Under the pieces are notes generated by a model. It was not told where the DNA came from. It was given only the letters and a program-made list of their open reading frames with translations, and did no database searches. This document shows positions 8,738 to 16,224 of a stretch of 24,627 bases of DNA, in pieces. The translations under genes and the position numbers were made by a program. Source of the stretch: a virus (taxonomy: Duplodnaviria; Caudoviricetes); the IMG/VR virus record IMGVR_UViG_3300010334_007100, positions 1 through 24,627 of that record. One strand, given 5' to 3'. How positions within the stretch are numbered: position 1 is the first letter of the stretch; each line of letters begins with the position of its first letter.

Positions 8738-10408
8738 TTAGCTAAAAATCAATGCTGTTTGAAACATACTTTGTTGTAGCGATTTGCAGCTTAATGTGTT
8801 AGAAACTGTTAGGTTTGTTATCTTTATATTGCTATTTAATTTAGGCGATGTAACTGCACCGTTATTAATTGAATCGGTCAAAACAGAATTAACTGTAGGA
8901 TACATAGAGGAGGACGGAAAAGGTCTGTTGTATGTAATTTCAACAACACTAAACCCAACAGGTGGCGGTGTTGTAAGCTGAACATTATATCTATCTAATA
9001 AATCCCAATTATCTTTGTTTTGATAAATTCCAGAAACATAAACACTTATATCGTTTTTAGTGGCTACAGCACAAAGTAGTGTGAATATGGTTTGATTAGG
9101 AAGAACATCAAATGTTTGATAGGGAATAAATGAATTTGTTAAAACGTACCCAGCAGCAGACAGGGTACCGGTTACTGATAAGTTACCTACAAGTGTTAAA
9201 TTAGAGCCTAATTTATTTGATGTTACAGCTCTATCGCCTATCTTACTTTCAGTTACAGTACCGTCGCCGACTTGACCAATGGGAAATGGATTTGCATTAA
9301 GATATACAATTTCTACGTTTTTATTATCTAATCCGTAAACATAATCTGAAGGTAGAGGTGGCGCTTCAGTAAACGTAATAGATGAGGGCGGGCCAGGGTT
9401 AACAGAATATGTTACCTTATCCTGGTAGATACCACCTACATAAACTAATATATCGTTTTGACTAGATATATTATTTTCAAGCTGCCAGGTTACGGTGACA
9501 CCGTTACCTGCAAATCTTTGTATTTTATTACTTTGAAATACACCATAAATCATATCAGCAGATAAGCCGCCTCTTACACTTAAGCTATTAGTAATAGTAA
9601 CTTTGTTTAAAGTGACAGGGTAGGAGGAAAGATATCTTGTAGCAATAGGTATAATATTAGATGAAGCCCAGTCATTAGATAAACTGTAAACAGTCGATTC
9701 AGTACTTTCCCAACCACCAGAATTATTTTGTGTAATGTTAAGTAAATCAATTAATTGAAGTGTGTTGTATCTACCAAAGTAAATTGAATCAGAAGAAGAA
9801 ATTGCTCCCTGTACCGTGAAATCAACTGTAGGGTTAACTGTGTTAACTCCAACTCTTCCACGACCAGTATTATACTTGTTAGTATCTTTAATACTAAAAA
9901 CCGGAAACATGCTATCAGAGTCAACAAACCTTGCAATGTCGAACTGACCACCTTGTGAACCAACTAGTAGAGCTGGTTCATACCCATAAGAAAAAACACT
10001 CAATGCAGAAAACGATGTAACAGCATTAATAACATAAGTAGCACTCAAAGCGGATACACCGCCGGTAGCAACTATATTGCCTTGTACATATACATTTCCA
10101 ATAATTTGACCGCCCGTGAGTTGATAGTATCTTAAGTCAGCAGAATCTTTTGTGAGAAAGGTACCGCTTTGTGTTTTGAACGTTGAGTAAGTACTATCCC
10201 AATATTCTGTTGTTTTAAATGCTCTATTTCCTGTAGGGGTAGAAATGAGAATAAAATCGTTAAATGAAGGAAGAGCAGGTAGACTTGGCGCACCTAAATT
10301 AGGTTCAGCGTTTTTTAGATTTAAATATTGATATCTGAGAGGGTCAGCGCTCAATGGCGGTGTGACTTTTATTCTCTCACTTATAAATCCTGTTCGTAAA
10401 GGATTCAT
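8738..10408 (-). CDS. Tail fibre/baseplate-associated virion protein
   Basis: GRVGVNTVNP fibre motif, two ND(I)xVYVxGIYQ...PP repeats, VTxxK repeats and one NSGGWESTESTVY unit. Confidence 0.7.
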   Translation of the reverse strand: MNPLRTGFISERIKVTPPLSADPLRYQYLNLKNAEPNLGAPSLPALPSFNDFILISTPTGNRAFKTTEYWDSTYSTFKTQSGTFLTKDSADLRYYQLTGGQIIGNVYVQGNIVATGGVSALSATYVINAVTSFSALSVFSYGYEPALLVGSQGGQFDIARFVDSDSMFPVFSIKDTNKYNTGRGRVGVNTVNPTVDFTVQGAISSSDSIYFGRYNTLQLIDLLNITQNNSGGWESTESTVYSLSNDWASSNIIPIATRYLSSYPVTLNKVTITNSLSVRGGLSADMIYGVFQSNKIQRFAGNGVTVTWQLENNISSQNDILVYVGGIYQDKVTYSVNPGPPSSITFTEAPPLPSDYVYGLDNKNVEIVYLNANPFPIGQVGDGTVTESKIGDRAVTSNKLGSNLTLVGNLSVTGTLSAAGYVLTNSFIPYQTFDVLPNQTIFTLLCAVATKNDISVYVSGIYQNKDNWDLLDRYNVQLTTPPPVGFSVVEITYNRPFPSSSMYPTVNSVLTDSINNGAVTSPKLNSNIKITNLTVSNTLSCKSLQQSMFQTALIFS

Positions 10409-10410
10409 TA

Positions 10411-10767
10411 TTATGCCTCTGTATTAATTGTTTCCAATATAGATACTACAAGATGAATTGAATTATCATTACTGCACCATCCAATTAATCTATCTCCATC
10501 AACCAGAACAATTTTACCAAGTATTAAATTAGCTGTATCGTTTGGAGGTATTGCAAATCCGCTTAGTAAAAATACTCTTGCGGAATTAGCTTTACTAGAA
10601 ACTGCCATTGTAACGGTTTGAAAATTACCTGTGATATTTGCTGCTTGTGCATTTAGAATAATCGAGGCTCTTGTAGTTGGTGATGTATATATTACTGGAG
10701 TAGGGTCATACGTAGCAGACAGCGGTAACGTAAGATTTCTAAATAAATTTAAAGGGACGTTTGCCAT
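10411..10767 (-). CDS. Small virion structural protein
   Basis: 118 aa with IYTSP, AQAAN and IPPNDT...KIVLVDGDRL...SILE patterns. Lies between fibre genes, with TAAATA 4 nt upstream. Confidence 0.65.
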   Translation of the reverse strand: MANVPLNLFRNLTLPLSATYDPTPVIYTSPTTRASIILNAQAANITGNFQTVTMAVSSKANSARVFLLSGFAIPPNDTANLILGKIVLVDGDRLIGWCSNDNSIHLVVSILETINTEA

Positions 10768-10771
10768 ATAT

Positions 10772-10777
10772 TATTTA
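10772..10777 (-). promoter_or_regulatory. Late promoter-like TAAATA
   Basis: TAAATA-ATAT-ATG on the minus strand. Confidence 0.6.
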
Positions 10778-12205
10778 TTACTCTATTGCAAGGGTAAATG
10801 GTGTTACTAGAGAAAATATAGATCTTTGAAAGGTCTGACCTTCAATAGTTCCAGTTGCCTGTCTAATTGTTAATCCGCTTCCAATTTTAAAGTCTCCACT
10901 CTGATTTGTTGCTGTATAAAACACAACACCGGGGTATTCCTGGACTACCTCGTTATCCACGTTTGTTTGTCCACCTAAAATAGGTAATGACTTTGTTAAA
11001 TCTGTACCAGTTCCAATATATTCAAAAGTAATTGCACTGGCTAGAATATTACTTCTTATATAAAAATATACTACACGGCCTGCTTCAAACGATCTATTCA
11101 ATGTAGTAGGCGGGTCTATATAGATATTATACAAGTTAGTACCGGTTTTGACAGCAGAGCCTACAAGATAAAGGGTATTGGTTGTATCTCCACTTAATGA
11201 AAATATTAAGCCTAATGCAGGAGAGATTGCAAGGTTTGTTGATACTGCTTGATTTATTGTAATACTATCATTTCCAGCTATTGCAGGGTTAAGCAATCTA
11301 CCTGATAAAACAAACATAGGAGATTTGCCCTTAGATACAAGCCCGTAATTACCAAATGAACAGTTAGATGTGTTAATATCGCAGCCACCGCCGGACTCAC
11401 ATAATACACCGTGTGTACAGCAAATTGTAAATGTACTGACTAATTGAGCATATCCATTATTAATAATATGTACACCTATACCTCCTTCATTAAATTGAGT
11501 ATAAGAATCCATAACCATACTACGTAAATACCCATTCACCAAGCTACCATCTATTCTACAGCCTGCGCCCGCGTTATTAGCACCGGTAGATGTTGATCTA
11601 GCGATAGAGCTACTTCCCTGTATGTAGGGGCTTGTTACAACATACCTTTGAGCTTCTGAAGGTTGAGTAGCAGAAAGACCGGGCGTAAAAAAGGCTTTTC
11701 TATAATCAGGCTTTGTTACGTCGCGCTGTGGAAAAGCAACGGCAGCAGACGGATATAAATGACCTCTAAAAGTAAAGCCGTATATATAATCAGCATTACT
11801 TACCCAAAAAATATCATACGTAGGGTTGTTTGGATAAATATTAACTCGTCTTAAGTTATCGCCTATTAATGATGTATTTGGCGGAACATAAACAGGATTT
11901 TCTTCATAATAATCACCTGATCTTATAAAGACAGTATATTTGTTAGCGGGGCTTTTTGCAGCTTCAAAACAAGCTCTTTTAATTGTTCTGAAAGCTTCGT
12001 TTTCAGCAATACCTCTATAGGCAGTATCACTACCGCTCAAACTTACATATAAAACATTGGGTGATAAGGTTAAACCGCCAGAAATAATTCTTGATAGAGT
12101 GTAGAAGTCTACCTTAAATTCACCTGCTAGGGGTCTAAAGCCAACAAGATAATCTGTAGGTATTGGCTCTAGAGCTGCAAACTCATTAAAAGACCGAAAA
12201 GGCAT
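10778..12205 (-). CDS. Tail spike-like virion protein with beta-helix (pectin lyase-like) domain
   Basis: Motifs LYVSLSGSD...FRTIKRA...GDYYEENP...GDNLR, SPYIQ, DSYTQFN, GYAQLVSTFT and SNCSFGNYGL, as in T4-like aquatic phage structural proteins. Confidence 0.7.
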   Translation of the reverse strand: MPFRSFNEFAALEPIPTDYLVGFRPLAGEFKVDFYTLSRIISGGLTLSPNVLYVSLSGSDTAYRGIAENEAFRTIKRACFEAAKSPANKYTVFIRSGDYYEENPVYVPPNTSLIGDNLRRVNIYPNNPTYDIFWVSNADYIYGFTFRGHLYPSAAVAFPQRDVTKPDYRKAFFTPGLSATQPSEAQRYVVTSPYIQGSSSIARSTSTGANNAGAGCRIDGSLVNGYLRSMVMDSYTQFNEGGIGVHIINNGYAQLVSTFTICCTHGVLCESGGGCDINTSNCSFGNYGLVSKGKSPMFVLSGRLLNPAIAGNDSITINQAVSTNLAISPALGLIFSLSGDTTNTLYLVGSAVKTGTNLYNIYIDPPTTLNRSFEAGRVVYFYIRSNILASAITFEYIGTGTDLTKSLPILGGQTNVDNEVVQEYPGVVFYTATNQSGDFKIGSGLTIRQATGTIEGQTFQRSIFSLVTPFTLAIE

Positions 12206-12228
12206 AGAAATATTTAGTTTCTATGCCT
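12200..12228 (-). promoter_or_regulatory. Start-codon-occluding hairpin with late promoter box in the loop
   Basis: Minus strand reads AGGCATAGAAA-CTAAATA-TTTCTATGCCT, a perfect 11-bp stem. ATG (12205-12203) is in the 3' arm. Confidence 0.8.
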
Positions 12229-12242
12229 GGGAATACTATGTA

Positions 12243-12410
12243 TTATTCTGCCTTAGCTTCTTTATTTACAGCGACGATATCCACTCTGCTAAGTACTTTA
12301 TCACCACTAATTAGTGTGATAGGTACTAAGGCGGCGCTATATTCGGTTAAGAGCTGCTCAATCTTTGTCTTAACCTCTAGAAGCTTCTCTTCGTTATTAA
12401 TTTCGCTCAT
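12243..12410 (-). CDS. Small hypothetical protein, 55 aa, not in the ORF track
   Basis: Translates as MSEINNEEKLLEVKTKIEQLLTEYSAALVPITLISGDKVLSRVDIVAVNKEAKAE. Fills the gap on the coding strand, with AT-rich -10-like boxes upstream. Confidence 0.75.
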   Translation of the reverse strand: MSEINNEEKLLEVKTKIEQLLTEYSAALVPITLISGDKVLSRVDIVAVNKEAKAE

Positions 12411-12434
12411 ATATTATATATAATATCCATATCA

Positions 12435-12800
12435 TTACTTTCCACTAATTATTTGTATAAAAGTAAATTTTTTACCGCTTGAAGCCAAATTATAACCGGC
12501 AGGATTTGCAAAAATAATATCAATATTTTGCGGTTTATTGAAGGAAGACAATTTAAAGGATAGGGTATGGTTGTTGTAAACGTTAAATTCATCTACAGGG
12601 TAGGCACTAAAAGGTCTATTGTTTGCACTAACGCTTTTTACATCGCTATATAGATCATAGTAACTTTCTCTTCCATCAAATTTATTAGAACTTAAAAATA
12701 GACCTGACGATGTTCTATAATTAAACATATTACCTCTCAAGGTAATAATTTTACCTCCTGTACTTACAGGGACAACAAAAGTTGCTAAATTTGACTTCAT
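12435..12800 (-). CDS. Hypothetical protein, possible Ig/IPT-like fold
   Basis: GGKIITLRG...IDIIFANPAG beta-rich pattern, with ATGA coupling to the gp15-like gene. Confidence 0.55.
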   Translation of the reverse strand: MKSNLATFVVPVSTGGKIITLRGNMFNYRTSSGLFLSSNKFDGRESYYDLYSDVKSVSANNRPFSAYPVDEFNVYNNHTLSFKLSSFNKPQNIDIIFANPAGYNLASSGKKFTFIQIISGK

Positions 12801-13612
12801 GGTTGTGTATATAATTCAACACCTGTTATGACGGGGTAACCGGAAATAGAAAATTGATCTGTATTGTAAGCGCTAGATAGAGAATCTTGTAATGTAACAA
12901 CTTGTGATTTTAATGTACTATAGGATCCATATGCAAGAGATGTACCGGAACTTACTGCAGTCATGCTGGTATCAATACGGAAAATATTCTTAACTGGATC
13001 TTGGGGATCAGGAAACAACCAGCCTTTTATTGTGAATCCAGTGTTCGCAACAATCAAAGCTTTTGTTTGCCCATTTATATCCTTTGGATATTCAAGATTT
13101 ACTTGTCCGCTCCAAAGAATTTCAGTTCTTATTTCCTGTGTATAGGGTAGATTGAAAATTTTAGGAATAGTCCAACTTAATATAATATAAGGATTACTAA
13201 ATGGTATAAAATTACTTAAAATCTGATCCATATCAGATTGATATCTGGCAATAATACTCATATTTACAACTATGTTTATGGGATTTGGTGTTTTGTAATA
13301 GAACGATTGAGCCGTGTTATCGCGACCGTTTGAACTACCGTGGGCATAGAAGCCAGCATTCTTATTAAAAACTCTATTATTATCTCTAGAAATACTTCCT
13401 ATTGTAATACTCACAACAGGTAGAGTAACATTTTGACCAGGGTTGACAAGATCAAATAAAACTCTTTCTTTAGGAGCGTAAATATATCTTACTTCTTGGG
13501 TAGCCTGTGCTACCCTATTTTTATCATATCTCTTGATTAGAACATTATCAAAGGCAGCGAGAAACTGAAGTATTAAGTCTTTTACTTCAAAATAGTAACT
13601 ATACTGTTTCAC
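12797..13612 (-). CDS. Tail sheath stabilizer/tail terminator (T4 gp15-like)
   Basis: Motifs YY...ILQFLAAFDN, YAPKER, TLPVVS, DQILSNFIPF and FTIKGWLFP match the gp15 family pattern. Confidence 0.8.
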   Translation of the reverse strand: MKQYSYYFEVKDLILQFLAAFDNVLIKRYDKNRVAQATQEVRYIYAPKERVLFDLVNPGQNVTLPVVSITIGSISRDNNRVFNKNAGFYAHGSSNGRDNTAQSFYYKTPNPINIVVNMSIIARYQSDMDQILSNFIPFSNPYIILSWTIPKIFNLPYTQEIRTEILWSGQVNLEYPKDINGQTKALIVANTGFTIKGWLFPDPQDPVKNIFRIDTSMTAVSSGTSLAYGSYSTLKSQVVTLQDSLSSAYNTDQFSISGYPVITGVELYTQP

Positions 13613-13628
13613 CTATTATTTAGGTGAA
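13608..13628 (-). promoter_or_regulatory. Start-codon-occluding hairpin overlapping late promoter box
   Basis: Minus strand reads TTCACCTA-AATAA-TAGGTGAA, a perfect 8-bp stem. TAAATA is at 13622-13617 and the GTG start (13612-13610) is in the 3' arm. Confidence 0.75.
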
Positions 13629-13630
13629 TA

Positions 13631-13834
13631 TTATAAGTAGTATTTCCACTTTTGAGCTGAAATTTGTTTTGAAAGCTTTTTTCGCGTTGAAGGTTTCATA
13701 AAAGTCTTACGCAAACGAAGTTCGTCCAAAACACCACATTTCTTTACCATATTAGTAAACTGCTTAATCTTCTTGTCAAAATACACTTTATTAGACACTT
13801 TGTCTTTATCAAGTTTTATCTCACAATTAATCAT
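13631..13834 (-). CDS. rpsU: Phage-encoded ribosomal protein bS21 homolog
   Basis: 67 aa, very basic. FDKKIKQF...VKKCGVLDELRLRKTFMKPSTRKK matches the bS21 pattern (...F.R.....G...E.R.R..Y.KPS..RK). Confidence 0.8.
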   Translation of the reverse strand: MINCEIKLDKDKVSNKVYFDKKIKQFTNMVKKCGVLDELRLRKTFMKPSTRKKLSKQISAQKWKYYL

Positions 13835-13840
13835 TAGATT

Positions 13841-13846
13841 ATTATA
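13841..13846 (-). promoter_or_regulatory. -10 box, likely leaderless transcript of bS21
   Basis: TATAAT-AATCTA-ATG, with no clear -35. Confidence 0.55.
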
Positions 13847-13854
13847 TATGCTTA

Positions 13855-14199
13855 TTATACATCTTCTACTACTGAAATTTCAGCATACACATTAAAAAAT
13901 TTATTAGGCTTTCTGGGGGTTAATAGCTTTACATGGTTTTGTACTTCATATATATTGGAGCAAAACTTTTCAACCATATAGCTTAAAATAATTTTATTAT
14001 CTATTATTTCGTAATCAAAGGGGTAGGGTATCTCGACTACTTTCTTAGTTTGTTGTATTAAAATTGTAAAGACGAGATAAAAATCTTTAATACAAAATAA
14101 TATTAATTTACCTGACTTGGTAAATTTGTTATTAACAGAAATATTAATTTTCTGTTGCAAAAATTTATTAATATTTTTTTCTAAAGATTCTATTTTCAT
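13855..14199 (-). CDS. Hypothetical protein
   Basis: 114-aa ORF with ATGA coupling to the upstream gene. Confidence 0.7.
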   Translation of the reverse strand: MKIESLEKNINKFLQQKINISVNNKFTKSGKLILFCIKDFYLVFTILIQQTKKVVEIPYPFDYEIIDNKIILSYMVEKFCSNIYEVQNHVKLLTPRKPNKFFNVYAEISVVEDV

Positions 14200-14573
14200 G
14201 AATCCATAAATGCCATTTTTTGTTGTAAAGATAATTTCATTATATTTTCTTTAAAATATTTCCAAAATGCTTCGCCTGCAGGTATAGTTGTAATTAAATC
14301 ACAATTATCACAATTTATACATCTATAATCTTGCATAAAAATATCCCAGGCAATAATAAGATTTTTTTGATTCGGGTCATACTTCGGGCTTCTAGAAGAC
14401 GGTCTATAATTAAGAGTTATTCTACCATCAATACTATTCAGTATTGTATTGGAATTTGTACACAGCATTCTACGAAACATAGATCGACCGGGCACTGGTC
14501 TCCTGCGAGTGAACCTAATCTCACACGCTGCGTTTTGTAGAACTGGTCTTAGACTTAGTATCGATACTATCAT
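14196..14573 (-). CDS. SH3/WYL-like beta-barrel protein (DUF2693-like)
   Basis: EIRFTRR...RRMLCT...IIAWDIFMQDYRCIN pattern. Confidence 0.6.
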   Translation of the reverse strand: MIVSILSLRPVLQNAACEIRFTRRRPVPGRSMFRRMLCTNSNTILNSIDGRITLNYRPSSRSPKYDPNQKNLIIAWDIFMQDYRCINCDNCDLITTIPAGEAFWKYFKENIMKLSLQQKMAFMDS

Positions 14574-14979
14574 TTTGGTTTCTCGGTTTTACAGTACCGA
14601 ATATTCTTTGTTCGTTTAAAAAAATACCATATCTAACCGTACCATGGTTTTCGACCTCTATGTTTGAAATTGGAACACCTAGATTGTTAGGGAAACAAAT
14701 ATAATCACCAGACTTAACAAGCTTACAGGTATCACCACAAATAATTACTTTTCCAATTCTCCATGCATTCGTTTCTGCATTTACTGGAACTAAAATACCA
14801 TTACGTACTATAGTGTTTGAACTACCACCATCATCAGCAAACTCCGCTAGTATAATATCATCGAGTACTTGGCAGAGGTTATACCCCATAAAAACACTAT
14901 TAAAAGTATTTTTAGAATGGGAGCTTAAATCAATAAGACTTTTTTGTGTCGGTAATTTATCTACGTTTGCTTTTGCCAT
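14521..14979 (-). CDS. groES: Co-chaperonin GroES/Cpn10-like (functional analog of T4 gp31)
   Basis: LDDIILAE, mobile loop GILVP, GKVIICG, VKSGDYICF and FLNEQRIFG. Confidence 0.8.
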   Translation of the reverse strand: MAKANVDKLPTQKSLIDLSSHSKNTFNSVFMGYNLCQVLDDIILAEFADDGGSSNTIVRNGILVPVNAETNAWRIGKVIICGDTCKLVKSGDYICFPNNLGVPISNIEVENHGTVRYGIFLNEQRIFGTVKPRNQNDSIDTKSKTSSTKRSV

Positions 14980-15007
14980 AATAAGATTTAGTGAAAACCC
15001 TTAAAAA

Positions 15008-15283
15008 TCAAGCTTTCTCTTTTGAGGGCCTTTTAATGTAATTGATTCTTTGCTTTTTATATCTTGGCAATACTTTTAATAAAAACGTATATTGGTCGTC
15101 AGCATTAAAGACGTGTCCATATCTATTGAGTGTATCATTAACAATTTTAGCTGCACTACTATCAAGCATAGATATCCATCGATTTATCAGATACGGTTGA
15201 TAGTTGTTCTTTTCTTCTGCCTGTTGTACTAAGTTTTCTTTCTTACTAAAAGCAACACCATCAATAATATCAAATATATTCAA
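15008..15283 (-). CDS. Clamp loader small subunit (T4 gp62-like)
   Basis: FDII...SKK, YQPYLINRWIS and QYTFLL...PR.KK...YIK. The TTG start overlaps the upstream TGA. Confidence 0.7.
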   Translation of the reverse strand: MNIFDIIDGVAFSKKENLVQQAEEKNNYQPYLINRWISMLDSSAAKIVNDTLNRYGHVFNADDQYTFLLKVLPRYKKQRINYIKRPSKEKA

Positions 15284-15870
15284 TGTGAGATAATCTTTGT
15301 CGAGGCGATAAAAATATCATCGTTAATTTGATAAAAGGCGTTAATAACATCTGACATAAAATTCTGACATTCAATATCAGTTAATTTTGTACTATATGCA
15401 AAAGCAGGAGCATGTTTACCAGCAGTTACGTTGATACCAGTATGTCCTAAGGCTGCACTATCCTTTACGTGGACAATACTTACACTGCACTTGCCCTTTT
15501 GTTGTGTAACACCACCTTGCGTAAACTCTTTATTAACCATTAAATCATCACCATCAACTTCAATAGGCGCGTCAATGTATTTGTTAAGAATATTGGCAAT
15601 AATCGAATTAAACATTCTCTGATAGCTGATAGCGCCAAAACCTTCAGTTATAAGAGGAATCTCATATAGAAAATGAATCATATCTTCACTATATATAAAA
15701 TCCTTATTCAGCGAATCTTCCTGGTCAATTAACCCTTCTGTTTCAACCTTTGCCGGGGCTCTAAAGGAGATAATATTACCAATTGGCAAACACTTATTTC
15801 GGAAATACTTGTAAGCAAATCTCTTATGCAAGAGAACACCATCATAAATTTTAATATCTGTTAGAATCAT
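15280..15870 (-). CDS. DUF366-like protein (biotin/lipoate ligase-like fold)
   Basis: YDG..L...FAY, IISFRAP, DQED, IYSEDMIHF..E, YQR, GDDL, KCSVSI and HTGINV. Confidence 0.7.
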   Translation of the reverse strand: MILTDIKIYDGVLLHKRFAYKYFRNKCLPIGNIISFRAPAKVETEGLIDQEDSLNKDFIYSEDMIHFLYEIPLITEGFGAISYQRMFNSIIANILNKYIDAPIEVDGDDLMVNKEFTQGGVTQQKGKCSVSIVHVKDSAALGHTGINVTAGKHAPAFAYSTKLTDIECQNFMSDVINAFYQINDDIFIASTKIISH

Positions 15871-15876
15871 AAGATG

Positions 15877-15882
15877 ATTATA
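15877..15882 (-). promoter_or_regulatory. -10 box, likely leaderless transcript
   Basis: TATAAT-CATCTT-ATG. Confidence 0.55.
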
Positions 15883-15891
15883 TACCTTAAC

Positions 15892-16113
15892 TTAAGGAAG
15901 CCACCATATATATAAACCAAATCCTAAAATACTTAATTTAAATTCACGACCAAAATCGTATATACAAAAACTTATACCGGTATCTATGTTTGAAAGATAA
16001 ACACCACATTCGAAAAGACCCTCCTTCTTATTCAAATTTAAAATTAATAATTTTGGGCACAAAAACCTAATCAAAAAATTTTCTCGCATGTACAATCTTC
16101 GCTTTTTTCTCAT
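15892..16113 (-). CDS. Hypothetical protein
   Basis: 73-aa ORF filling the gap. An upstream TTGATT(16172-16167)-16 nt-TAAAAT(16150-16145) promoter-like sequence is present. Confidence 0.5.
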   Translation of the reverse strand: MRKKRRLYMRENFLIRFLCPKLLILNLNKKEGLFECGVYLSNIDTGISFCIYDFGREFKLSILGFGLYIWWLP

Positions 16114-16208
16114 ATATTAGAACCGTACTTTATAACCACAATACATTTTAATGAAAAAATTCAAAAAATCAACTGTATATTTTTAATTGAAACTTAATTT
16201 TTTTTTAA

Positions 16209-16214
16209 TAAATA
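16209..16214 (+). promoter_or_regulatory. Late promoter-like TAAATA upstream of portal
   Basis: TAAATA 10 nt before ATG 16225, with no Shine-Dalgarno. Confidence 0.55.
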
Positions 16215-16224
16215 AACGGTATAT

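Noticed and set aside
12223-12423. Plus-strand 66-aa ORF
   Set aside because: Antisense shadow of the better-supported minus-strand ORF 12243..12410. Its ATG is part of the hairpin arm.
345-15622. Other short track ORFs lying antisense to or nested within the long genes
   Set aside because: They overlap well-supported genes and have no recognisable motifs or start signals.
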